DNA of 64,000 nt from Cladosporium halotolerans (taxonomy: Eukaryota), in NCBI RefSeq assembly GCF_011745625.1, contig NW_027191457.1, positions 558,001 through 622,000 of the forward strand, in the 5' to 3' direction. A model generated the notes under the pieces. That model had not been told where the DNA came from and ran no database searches. It was given only the letters and a program-made list of their open reading frames with translations. Positions 47,468 through 59,747 of the stretch are shown piece by piece. Every line of letters begins with the position of its first letter. Position 1 is the first letter of the stretch. A program made the position numbers and the translations under genes.

Positions 47468-50400
47468 GGGCTGTCTGTCTCTATCTTCCGCTCCTCCGGT
47501 TTCTTCCCTTCCCTCCCTCTTTCTCTCAACATCCCTACCTTCCATCTCCACACCCGGCCGCGATATTCGGCCGACGGGTTTTTCTGACGAGTCGACGTAG
47601 TTAATAATATCCCATGAGCATCCCGCAGACCCCCCATCGAACTAGCATCCTCTCTCGAAATGAATCGATCTAATCACTTCACTTCCGCCTATCCCACGGA
47701 ATTTACCTAGGTAGCCCTGAGTGGAGCGCGGGACGTCATTTCCATCTATCTCCATAACGGGCTGATCCCCAACGCGGCCAAGCGTCCGGCTCAGTCATCC
47801 ATATAGTTTCACTTCGAACACCATGCTTGATCCGGCGAAGCAGCCGGCTCCGCCATCTAGTCTGCCTCTGTTCTCATAGCACCTGCCACGATCGTCGCGT
47901 CTTCAACGCCGCAGCGCGGCCCTGTCCCTCCTTCGGGGAAGCATTCCGCCACCACCGCCAGCACACACTTACGGTAGGCCGTCTCATTCCCAAACCCGCA
48001 GTGTCAAAATCCCGCACATCGAGCCCTCCTCGGCGACCCAACGCACGCGCGCAGACACGAGCGAACGCTCGGCCAGCCGGTCAGTCACATCACGAACAGC
48101 AGTCTCTCCTCCCTCACCGGCGCCGTAACCCATTGGTCGCCGCCGCCGGAGAAGGCACAGTCACGCTAGCTCCGCGCCGCCCACCGCACGCGAAATGCAC
48201 CTTCAGGCGTCGCAGCGCAGCAGCGAACCCTACGCCGGCATGGACATGGGGCGGGCGCCCGCCCACGTGCACGCTGCGTGCCCGGCAATATATCCCACGC
48301 GAACTCCCCGCCGGGCGCGCGGGTTTGTCAGCGAAGAATAATGGCGCGCGTGCAGGCGGGACGTCTGGTCTAGTTTGCTTTGCGATTGCTGCTCCGGGAT
48401 TTGGCGACGTTGGGGCGAAGGAATGGAAGGGAGGTGTTGTCTATTCGAGACGGCTCGGACGCGTGCCGGCCTGCTGATTTGCCCGCCCTGCAGGGTTTGG
48501 TAAGCTAGGGCTGGATTAGCTACTGCTGCTGCTGCTGCGCTGTGCGTAGACGCTGTATGTACGGTCGTATACTCGAGACGACTGACAGGATGCCGCTGGG
48601 TGCGGAAAACGTGCCCTCAACCGTCACCGTCGGCCTGCGCCACGCGAGGCGCGGGTCGGGGCTGATACTGTTTGTGCTGGTGCGTATGTGACTAATGTAC
48701 ATACTCTACGAGCAGGCGTGTGTCGTGTGAGTGGAGAGAAAATATAGCCCTCCCTCTCCCGGGACCGCTGCGGTTGTGTGCCTGTGTCACCATGGACACT
48801 GGATGTCGTGGGACCTCGCGCGAATGTCTATCTCTCACGTACTGTGGGTACGTAGGCGGTGTGTGCGCCCGTGGAAGAGTCGTGCCACGAGAATGGCTTG
48901 GGGATTAGACGGTTCATGAAGGGCCGCGCAGGCTGGGCCAGGCCATGCGATGCCATGCACCGTTGATCTGTGCTGTCTTCGTCCTGTCAATCCTGCGCGG
49001 GGCTTCCTGACCGCCCTGTCAGAGCTCGGCGCTTGTAGCCCTCGTGGTGCAGCTATGCAGAATACCTTCGACAGCGGCATTCGACGGCGTGTGGGCGCGC
49101 ACGCCCGCTTCTTCCAGGTTCCTCCCTCCACTCCATATCTTTTGCCTTGGTCGTTATTTGGTTTGGCTTTCAATCGCGGCCGTTCGTTCCCCGCTAGAAA
49201 GCGTTCGCCGCGCAAGCCACGCACAACGGCTGCCGGAACCCGGGGCCCAGAACTGTGGGTGGGCCCAAAAGCGCGTCTTGGTTTCACTTCGAATCCGAAA
49301 ACCACATAGCGACAACGGGAGGTGGAGGGAGCCGTGGCATTGTCGCCGCCACAACATACTACCTAAGCAGGCCGGATACCAGCAGCCGCACGATCCGAAC
49401 GGTCGAATGGCCGCGCAGACACCGCTGTCACACCCCATCTAGTCTATGCCGAGAGCTGCGGCGTGCGCTGCAGACACACGCGCGCACACACACGGCCATG
49501 CAGCCATCGCCAGTCGGCCGCCACTACTGGCGCCTTCGCCCAGCTGCACGCACAAAGACATGCAACCCCTCTCGTCCCCCTCCCTCGGCCGGGCTGGCAC
49601 TGGCCTTCTGCTGACACAAGCCGATGGATGCCGGCGCCGGTGCCGGGGTGCTGGACACCCGCCGACCGTTTGACAGGCCATGGGTGCGTGCGGTGCGGCC
49701 TGCGTAGTGGCTGGCCTTGACCTGCGGGCGAGCGACGGCTGCTGCTGTTCCCTGCGGCCCTGCTCGCCTGTCGACGCGGTGGCTCACGCCCACGGGCTTG
49801 GGGGCCTCATCCATGCCTCGCCGCGCGCGCTGCTGAGTGCTGAGCGCGCCCCTCCCGTTCGCCCTCGACACTACCGTCCTGTCTCAGCCCACCACCGTCT
49901 CCTCTCTCACATGTCCGGCGCGCGATGGCGGTGCCCGGCGGTGCCAGTCAGCGGCCATCGCTCAGTAATAATAAGCGTAAGTACAGTGCCGCTTTGCTCC
50001 TCATCTGAACTCGGCGTCCGTGTGTCCTTCTCCTCCCGTTCGCTTCGTTGCTGCCCTTCGTTTCATCCTCCACGGCATACTGGACATGTCGCAGCCCTCG
50101 CCCTAGATACCGCGTCTGCTATTTAGCGGCGAATGAAAGGCCGCCAATTTCTGCCAATGCAACCTTTCCATCGCCTACCAGCCACCTTTCGGCCGGACCG
50201 TACGAGCCAGCACCGCGGTGGATCTGCCAGGCCGTTTCGCGTCGATCCGCACTGCCGGGGCAATCTTCACCTCCAGAGGACCAGCCCGGACGTTCCCTCG
50301 GTATCGCTGAACAATGCGCCACGGCCGCCGCCAGTCACATCCTCAAACTCGTTCGCGGCGACGACCGAGAACGCCCTCGTCCAGTGAAAGAGCGGTGGCC

Positions 50401-50932
50401 GCACGCTCGCGGTCCCCAAATGACCTATCGTCAAACCCGTGGAAATCCGACCCTCGTCCAACCACCATCACGAAAACGGAAACAGCATTTCAATATAACG
50501 AGCATCAATCCCAAACACGCCTCGGCGACCCGCCCGCCGCGGGCCGTCGTCTAGGCCCTGCGTACAGTACATCGCCGTACCACACTTCCAAGGGTTCAGA
50601 CTGCCGGGCGACATCAAACGGCGCCCGATTCCCACGCCCTGCACGGCCGTTACGTCGGCTGCCGGCATAACATCTCGCCCTGCACAGTTCCCGCACCACC
50701 TGACTTGTCCAGGTTCCTAGCAGGATTCCCTGACACCTCCCGGGCCTGCGAACTGTTTCGGCACTCCTGCCCTAGCCTTAGACCTCTGAGTCCGGAAGTG
50801 CACAAAGAGCGAGGCAATTCCCGGACGATCGAGCTGGGAAACTTTCTTGTTTGTCCAAGCTCCATTGTTTATCCAGTATCACTTGCCTGCTTTGCTATTC
50901 GATTGAAGATTCCGTGAAGAAAGACGTCGATA

Positions 50933-51310
50933 ATGTGCGATTACACCCAAGTCGAGTATGCTTGTGGGCATCTGCGGTTCACTGTTAGGGCTTGGTGTAA
51001 GTTGGCATCTCGGCGGGAGGCTCGACTAGACGTATCGTCAACTGGCAATTGATTGCTGATCAACTCGGTTCCAGGCATCAAGTACCAAGAGACGCACAAA
51101 CGATGCCCTCCTAATGTCGTCGCCATCGAGTACAGGCTTAATGAGAAGTGCGGTAGGTCATCCTCACGTCACCGCGTACCATCTCATGCACCCAAGGCTA
51201 ACCGTTCACCACCAGGCGACTGCAGGGACTCGACGTCACCTTTTGCATCGAAGAAGAAATCAAGCTCGAGCTCCAAATCCTCATCTGGCGCCGACGCGCC
51301 GAGGAAGTAG
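50933..51310 (+). CDS. 78-aa Cys/His-rich microprotein of unknown function (putative zinc-binding)
   Basis: Exons 50933-50996, 51075-51152 and 51216-51310. Introns GTAAGT...GCTGAT...CAG and GTAGGT...GCTAAC...CAG. Product MCDYTQVEYACGHLRFTVRAWCIKYQETHKRCPPNVVAIEYRLNEKCGDCRDSTSPFASKKKSSSSSKSSSGADAPRK. Confidence 0.8.
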
Positions 51311-54026
51311 GCCTCGCTTTCCGAGCCCGACTCACAAACGATCAACGGCCCCGTGAACGACCCTACAACAAACGACATTTCTACGCACCATAACGACCAG
51401 CATCGATACCCCATCTTCAGCTCTGCTCCAACGACCAAACAACTAGCATAATCGCACGCAAAACCGCCCGCGTCTTAATCCCAAACCAGCCAAATTCCTC
51501 CCCCGCGCTGGTCGCGGGAGATTGATGAACGAGGCGCGCAAGGACTTTCCCCTCCCCCGACATCAGCACGCAATGCCATCTTCGCCCAACGTCGCACTTC
51601 CCCGATTCTGCCATCCCTGTTCCACGCGCTTATGCCGTCGGCCGGCCGAGTCGCAGCGCGAACACTCGACGCCTGACGTCCACGGTGGCGGGAGCCTGGT
51701 GCTTCCCGAATGCGCGGGAGCCGGGGTGCGCAGGTAGGGCTCCAGGATCTTCCAGTCGGCACTTATTAACGTTGCCCTCTCTTGCGCCATCACGCCCGCT
51801 TTAGCATTTAACCAAACACTGATCAACCTCACTGCTTTCCAGCGCTTCAACAGCCGCGATGCATCATCTTTGCTTCTTCGGCCGAATCCATCGACCACGA
51901 CTTCGCGCCACGCTAGAACCCCCCAACTGCCTACAAGGTATCAACCCCGCACGACCAAGCGACCAGCATCCCATCCCATCCCGCGCCCACCAAAACAAGG
52001 GCCCCCACACCATCCACCTCACCAACCACAAAGCCACCACCCGGCGCCCTGCAGCAGCTCTCGCCTGCACCCAATCTCCCCCAAACGCCCACCTGCAACC
52101 CGCCGCGCCCTCCCACCCCACGCCGGCGTCCATTCGCACGTCGCACAAAAAAACCGCAACCCCGATCTGGGAACCGCACGACAGCCCAGTGCTTTTCACT
52201 CGCTTGCTTGCTTGTTCGAAGGAGCGGCGCCGACCGAGAAGCACGTGGCGTGTGGGCCTCGCTTGATCTATCCGCGACTGACGAACTGCGCGGACGGCCC
52301 GAATGGGGCAGTTCTGCGCGCCAGTAGCGCTTCATCGATTTGTGCGTGCTACGGCGCGCTGCGCGCGCGAGAGAGATTGATTGGTTGATTGATTGATCTA
52401 TAGAGACGGAGGAAGTGCAAAGGCCGGGCATCGGCGTCCGAGGGCGGGCTTTCTCGGCGCCGTGAGGGATTCGAGAGTCGAGGCTCATTATTATCAGAAA
52501 GGGCGCTGGGCCAGTCCGAGGCATCGATAGAGGAAAGCGCATCGCATACATGGTCGTCCGTGAGGTCTGACCAGGTGCTAGCAGGCATTCGTGGGCTTCT
52601 GGGAGACGCGAGGAGGGGCCAAGACAGAGCAGAGATAGAGGGCGCGGACTGCAATTTCGAATCTACATACTATCTCCCTCCTCCGTTCGGCGTTCTCCAC
52701 AGTCGTGGCAGGCTGCAAGCACGTTGTTAGGAGAGCAGCACGTACAACCTTGGCCTCTCACAAGAGCGCGATACCAGACGCAGCCTTCCACAACAGGAGC
52801 GGCAGTCCGGCGCAGTGCAGGCGGCTATCGCGGTCTTGCAAGATCGCGAGGCTTGCCGGGGTCGTTCACGTACATAGAGTCCAATCAATCGATCAATATA
52901 TCAACGGGTGGTGAAACGTCACGTTGGATTGTACCTAGGAATGCGTCAGCTAGGCGAGGGAGTCGGTCCGTGGAGGAATTGAGTGATTGATCAACCGCTG
53001 GGTTATCGCAGTCAATAAACAGTCCCGCCTAGTGAAACGTGACGTCACATGGAGCCACGACTAAGCATCAATTCCATCAACCAGGCACACGCCGCTCTGA
53101 CCTTTGATTTTTGATTGTATTGAGGGAGGAGGGATAGTCAGACGAGCGGATCGACAACACCGTCGGAAATCGCAACGTCGCCCTGAAACCCCTCCTCCTC
53201 CTCTCCTCTCTCCCTTCCATCCCATGCTCCTGAACCTTCAACCCTGTATCGCCCACCACCGCCGACGAGGACGCGCCACGAACCCAGTTGGCCTCGCACC
53301 ACAGCACCACACATACTCATCACATCACAGCAGAACCCGAAATCAGAAAAATTAAAAAAGATATTGTACGCTCAAGATCCATTTCATTCGAACATCTCCG
53401 TTCCCACCTCCAATACTTATTTATTTATTTCTTCCCCCCCCCCGATATCATCCCAGCACAGACCAGACCAGACCAGTGCGTCTAGCCACCTTCCTCCCTC
53501 TCTCCCTCGCTTCCTCCCCACGCGCGCAACCCCAGTTCCAAAAAAGGTCAATTCGCCTCCCCTACCCCAAGGCCATCGCTCCCCCTTCTCCCGCGCGCGC
53601 GCGCGCGCCTCCCAAAGGGGATATTGAAGTTTTTTTCATTGATCTCGTCAGTCAACAGGAAAAGAAAGGAAAGGAAAACAGATAATATGAGCCTGGTGAG
53701 CTACTTGGGAAAGCAAAAAAAATCAAGCAAAATGAGCAGACTCCGGTCCGTGTCAGAGGAAGCAGAAGACAGAAGACAGAAAACACTAGATGAGAGATTC
53801 GCCGTGATCGCCGGGTGCCCGTGGCGAGATGAGAGATAGTTAAGCAAGAGAGAGTCGAGCCCGAACAGAGAAGATGCCGAAAGAGATCGCAAGTGAGGTG
53901 TTTTTGTGGAGACCGCTCCGGGGCGCCGATGAGGTTCGGGTTCGGGTCCGAAGGGGTTGAGTTGAGTAAAAGAGGGAGCATGATCGGAGCAGGGTTGGGT
54001 GAGTGGTGACAAAGAGGATCGGGTTC

Positions 54027-54073
54027 GAGAGTGAGAGTGAGTGAGTGAGAGTGAGTGAGTGAGGGAGGGAGGG
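54027..54073 (+). repeat. (GAGT/GAGA/GAGG)n microsatellite in the probable CDC24 3' UTR
   Basis: gagagtgagagtgagtgagtgagagtgagtgagtgagggagggaggg. Confidence 0.7.
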
Positions 54074-54599
54074 TTTGTGGGTCTTTCCCGTGCTCGAGTC
54101 GTGTCGGTTCGGGAAACCCTCTGTTGTTTGGTTCGTGATATTCCGCGGTCTTTGCTGCCGCTCTCTGTTCTGCTTCTGCTTCTTCGCGCTTCGTTCCTTC
54201 TGTCGTTATAGCTTCGCGGTAATGATGTGCCGTCGACGAGCAAACAAGCAAGCACGCATTCCGTGGCCGTCTATGATATGGTTGTGATGAATGCAGCATT
54301 TGCAAATAGATATGACTTTGCGACTGCCGTTCGTCTCGTCTCGTGTCGTGAGGTAGATGTCGCTGCTTCGCTAGAAGGCCGTTATTGTGCTGATGATCTG
54401 TATCGTTGGAGCGCGCGTGGGTCGGGCCCTAGATGATGAAGCCTGCGAAAGACCACCCTTTTCACCGAGCATTTGCGCGGCAGATTGTGGTCCTCGTCCA
54501 AAGCGAGTCTCGGCGCGATAAGGCCGGCTCGTAAATCGTGATAGCACTCGCGAGCGCTTCTGTCCGACTGAGTTCCTTTCTCAAAGACGCGGGCGGACC

Positions 54600-57500
54600 T
54601 CAGCGCTGGCAGAACAGCTCGATCTCGCCCATGCCGCCCATGCCGTCGCCGCCGAGGTCGCCGCCACGCTGCTCACGCCAAGTCTCGAAAGCCTCCAGAA
54701 CGTCTTCGTCCGTTTGGATGGTGACGTAGTCGTCTTCGTCCAGGTACTTGAGCTTGACGACGTTGTCCTTGCTGGGCGGTGCACCTCCGCCGCTTGTGGT
54801 ACCAAGCGTCAAGTTGGTAGATCGCTGCAGCTTGGCGTCGATGCGGTCCTTGAGAGTCTGGTACGAGATATTCAGAGGTACGACGAGAGTGAGAACCTGA
54901 GCAGCGGATGGTGCGTGAACCTTGACCTTGAGTTGAGTTGGTGGGGGAATATCAGCCGGCAAAGGTGTCCCAGATGATGGCGGTGGGACCGGAGTTCCTG
55001 CTGCTCGTGATACTGGGGTGGCAGTGCGAGAGCTCGGGTACTGAGCGCCACGAAGATCAGGACGCGCCATAGGATCGTACGCTTGCGAAGTGGGGCTCGG
55101 ACCATTGTAGCCTCCACGAGGATCATTCGAAGGTGAGTGCGCGGGCTGACGGGGAAGGCTGTTGGGTGAATTGTTCTGGCTGCGAGGCACCATATTGTTG
55201 AAGCCTTGATAATTCGCAGGCATTGTGGGCACAGGAGGCTGTTGTCCGTTCAGTGCCGCACGTTGAGCATTCACGATGTCGGGACTGCTTGCTGAGCGGT
55301 TGCGGTGGGCCATGGGCATCTGCTGTGCGCTGTGCATCCCTGCAGCACCTGCTGGCCTCGGGCCCGGTCTTTGAGCTGCGCCGGCTGGGTAGCCGTTTGA
55401 AAGAGAGCCATTGGTGTCACGCTGGTTGGGAGGGGGTCTGCCCATAGCAGGGGCCGTGAAACGGGTCTGGCCATGTCCTTCCTCGTAATAGCCATTTTGC
55501 GGAAGTTGCTGTCTCGGGAACGGGTACATGCTGGAGTTTGAACTAGTCCGTGAAGAGGAAGCAGTCATGGGTGATTCCGGGGTCGGGGAGAAGTACGAAT
55601 CACCGAAGCGTTCCGCGGGAGACGTCAGAGCCTGCGGCAGGCCCCTTGTGCGCAAAGATAGCTGAGGTTGATTCGAGAATGACCCAGCAGCCATACGTGG
55701 AGGCTGTGCTCGAGATTGCGCTGCGGCACTTGGAGGAGGTCCAGACAACTCGCTCGCAATGCTTCTAGAGCGTAATGAAGAAGACGAAGCGTTGCGGCTC
55801 TGCGCGAACTCACTAGAGCCCGAAGGGTATGGCTGGCTGGGTCCAACCCAGCTGGGTTGCCCACTGCCAACGAGCGTCTCTGAGTCGTCTTCTTCTTCAG
55901 TCTCTGCCTGACGGGCGTAGGGGTTCTCCAGTTGAGGCTGGTTCCGCATGAACTCAAATTCGGTCTGGCTTGTACCACCGGCTCGGCTGCCGTCGGAGTT
56001 CCTTGTTCGTTCGCGGTATCGTCTACGCTGGGCTTCGATCTGTTGGGCCCATCGCTTCATCATGTCTTCAGAGGTGAACCGAATGATGAAGTTCTCGATG
56101 CCTGGGTCGCCTTTCCAGAAAATCTGGCAAGTGTATGAGCCTATCATCCTCCAGCATTAGTTCACGTACTTATAACATACCCTGTCACTGCTCTTGATAG
56201 ATAGCTGACTGCTCATACCTGGTTTGGCCAGAGACACTAAATCCGTCACGTTCTGCATGAAGATGCGGCCCTTGAGCTGGAGCTTCGGTTTGCCGCGCTT
56301 GTCGACTAGGGTCTTGGTTGCAATCTTGTTCTTGGGTTTACTGAGGTCGATGTCCTTGCAGCACAACAGGATCGTCTCGAAAAGATAGACGTGATACTTG
56401 GAAAAGTTAGTTGCGCGTTCAGCGTGTGAGCACCTGTGAAGACGCATACCTGTCTCTCGGCGTCTTTGCCGTTCGCAATGTTCTCGCTCTTGAGCACGGT
56501 GAATGTCCCGTACATCAGAAGCTCACCAAAACCTTCAACGCGGTGACCCTTCCAGTCTTCAACTCTCATTTTCAGTTCTTGAACTGCTGCGGCCTTTTCC
56601 TCGCGATCGACAGCATGGTTTGTACGGCTGAGCACGCTCGTAGCGGCTTCTTTACCGACCAGCAAGTCACTCTTGCGCTGCTCGTCCAGGTCACCCTTCT
56701 TGTGCAAATCTCCGAGGAGCAGAGGGTACTTGGACAGACGCTGGAAAGGCTTCATTAGGAAACCGTAGAGCGAAGTGGGGCTTTCAACCATCTGCCTCAT
56801 CTCGTTGCTACCACCGGCTTCCTTGAGCTTGTTGAATTCGGCGACCACAACCTTTTCGCATCTGCGCTGGTTGGCAATGTAAGGTTCATAGACCTTGAAT
56901 GCGTCGTTGTACAACACGAAGAGTTTGCCCCAGTTTTGCTCTTCTTCCGACAGAGCGTTCGTTTGCTCAACACGGATCAGAAAGCGGCGCTGGAAATCCA
57001 AGAGTGCATTGAGGTTGAGGAAAATATCATGGACTGCGTCACCGGGGATGACTCCTTTCTCCTCGACGAGATGCTTGAATGCTTGCAGAAGTTCGAGATG
57101 TTGGACATATGTGCGCTCGGTCGTGACCAGTTCACTGATGATGTGCTGGCGCTGCGTGCGCTTCAGCGAAGTTTTGGCGCTCTCGAAGTCCGATGCTGTC
57201 GGTTGGACATCCTCGACTAATCCACGCTGCACAAGGATATCGAGCACTCTGTTCACGACCCGCGTGACTTTGACAAAACCGGTGGTGTCGTCGCCGTACA
57301 AGTCTGTCACAATGAAGCATTCGTCGGATGGGAATTTCAAGTCGTTGAGGCACGCCTGGAGGAATTTGAAAGTCGCAGCCTTGCCTCGCTTCTCTTCTTT
57401 GAGCGCCATGTTGAGCTCCAGAGGCTGACTCGGGCGAAGGGCATTGTAGAGAAGTTGCAATGGATATCCTCGGCGGAACGTCCTCCAAAGAAGAGTGACC

Positions 57501-57955
57501 GGGTCTGTGTCCTGATCGGCGTATTCCTCTTCTTCCTGCAAGGAGTCTTCAAAGCCAGGCACGCCGAGTAAGCGCTGTCGCAGCGATACGCATATCTGAA
57601 ACAGGGAACTGGAAGCGTCGGCCACGGAGTTCATGATGTTCTCGGTCGGCGCGACATCGCCGTTATTGGGCGGGCCGCCGCTGGCGGGAGGCATGGCAGG
57701 GTTGGATGTGTTGGGCACGTTGAACAGAGTGCTCTGCGCGGTGCCCTGGGTGGTGTCGCTGGCCCATGAAGAGGGCTGCGACTGGATGCTGTGGTTGGAG
57801 GCGGTGTGGGCCTGCGACTGAACGAGCGGGCTCTGGTGACTGGCGCTCATGTTTGCGAGCTTGGCGCCGGCCAGCGGGTGATGCGGTGGAATGTGGCTAG
57901 TCGCGGTGTGGTCGCGGGAGAGGTGGGGAGGGCCATGCGTCGCTACTTCCATCAT
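54600..57955 (-). CDS. CDC24: Rho/Cdc42 guanine nucleotide exchange factor Cdc24/Scd1 (CH-DH-PH-PB1)
   Basis: Exons 57955-56450, 56396-56219 and 56140-54600. Motifs DLYGDDTTGFVKV (CH), ELVTTERTYVQHLE and KPFQRLSKYPLLL (DH), YLFETILLCCK (PH), KLKYLDEDDYVTIQTDEDV (PB1). The intron 1 acceptor is AAG. Confidence 0.95.
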
Positions 57956-57971
57956 CGCTGGGCGGGAGGGA

Positions 57972-58004
57972 TTACTGGCACACCGCGACGGCGGCGGAGG
58001 CCAT
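57972..58004 (-). promoter_or_regulatory. Candidate uORF (MASAAVAVCQ*) 16 nt upstream of the CDC24 start
   Basis: ATG GCC TCC GCC GCC GTC GCG GTG TGC CAG TAA on the minus strand. Confidence 0.5.
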
Positions 58005-58862
58005 GGGCGAGCGGACGAGGGGCGGGCAGCGGGGCGGTGCGGAGGGCGGTGGTGGTTGCGGGCGAGGTGCGGGCGGCGGGCGGTGGAGGAGGAGGAGGTG
58101 GTGGTGGTGGTGGTGGTGTCGGGGCGAGCGAGGCGGTGGCGGTGAGGAGGAGCGGGCGGGCGTGTGATGAAGAGCAGGGGCTGCCAGGGCGGGCGCGGGC
58201 TGTGGTGAGGCGGCGGTGGTGCGGACGCTGAGTCGTCTGTTTCGTTTCACAAGCGCGGACGGGGTAGGGCGCTGGAGCGCTGGAGCGTAGCAGGCGCGGG
58301 CGTGTGCGAGGGCGATGGGCTTAAGGTTAGGAGCGGGTTGGGGACTGGCGGCTCGGGGCGGACAGGGACCGCAGGGCGCTTGCGAGGGAGGCGTGCGAGG
58401 GCCCTGGCGAAGAAGAAACGGGAAGGCTCAGAAGGCTCAGAAGGGTGCTGGTGGCGCCGCGGGAGGGGAGGGGAGTGGGTGGGCGCAGGGTGCTGGGGGG
58501 AGGATGCGCGGTTATTGGCAGGGCGGCGGACGTCGAATGGCGGTGCTGGGTGGGTGGGTGATATGGGAGCGCGGCGAGTAGTGGGAGGGGACGCGTGAGG
58601 GAGACGCCGGTGGACCACTGCTACTGCTACTACGATGCAGCGGCGCTCTTCACGGCGAGGTGGTGGCGGGCGGCGGCGTGACTCTATCTCTCTCTCTGCT
58701 CTCTGCTCTCCCTCTCCTCTCTCTATCGTCGGCGGACAAGGCAACCAGGCACGCCAGCGCCGCACGGGCAGCGCTGAGGCTCAGGAGCAGCGACAAGCCC
58801 GCGCTGCCTTTGTCTAGCGCCGCGGCCCAGAGCCTTCCACAAACCTACCGGCTGAGGCACCC

Positions 58863-58896
58863 ACCAGCCCGACCAGCCCGACCAGCCCGACCAGCC
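58863..58896 (+). repeat. 9-bp tandem repeat (ACCAGCCCG)x~3.7
   Basis: accagcccg accagcccg accagcccg accagcc in the CDC24/FWD-1 divergent spacer. Confidence 0.8.
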
Positions 58897-59194
58897 AGGG
58901 CGCGCGCTGCACTGCCGACTCCCTCCCACCCACGCCCCGAAACGCGCGCGCTGCCTGATCGTCTGTCTGCCGTGCCTGCTCTAAGACCGCCTTAGTCAGT
59001 TATGCATACAGTACATCACCACCACCGCAGAGCCGAACTTCCCGCGCGACATGCCGGCCTTGCTCCGTCTGCCCGGATGCGTCGCCCGCCCTGTGTGCCT
59101 GTCCACGCCTGCCCCTCTGCCGGTCACTGACTGGTGGCCCGCCGCAGCCCTGCGCCCGTCCCTCCGCGCGTTTCATGTCTCTGCCGTCCCATAC

Positions 59195-59227
59195 AGTAGC
59201 TCCAGTAGCTCGAGTAGCTCGAGTAGC
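59195..59227 (+). repeat. 9-bp tandem repeat (AGTAGCTCS)x~3.7
   Basis: agtagctcc agtagctcg agtagctcg agtagc. Confidence 0.8.
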
Positions 59228-59747
59228 AGCACCCTACAAGGCGCATAGGCTCATCTGCGGCCGCCTCGGGCGTATCACGTGGCTTTGTCGCCCAGTGCTG
59301 TCCACCCTTACCTTATGTACCGCCGGCCGCTTTAAGCTCGCCCAGGGTCGAACTCTCCCGCAGCCTCACGCGGGGCGCCTTCCAAGAACGACCGCAAAGC
59401 CTTTGTCACGTGCCTGCGCCTCCCCGCGCCTCGGCTGCGGGCAATCCCGCGCGGGTGGGCCCACCGACACCCGTGCGCCTGGGTTTGTTGGTGGACGGCG
59501 TCTGGAGGATGATCTCCATGTCTAACATCACGCAACGGTAACCTAACCGCCCTCAGCCAGCCGACGCGCGCGACATCTTACCACCTCACGCCCGTCGCCG
59601 ACCACGTGACACCGCCGACCTCCTCACTCCGACACCGTCATCCGCACGAGCAAGGGCGGCCACCGCTCGCCGTAAGCCCGCAACTGTCCAAAACAAATCG
59701 CCTGCGCATGACTGGCCCTCGCGCCGCACAACATCCGCCACCTCACC

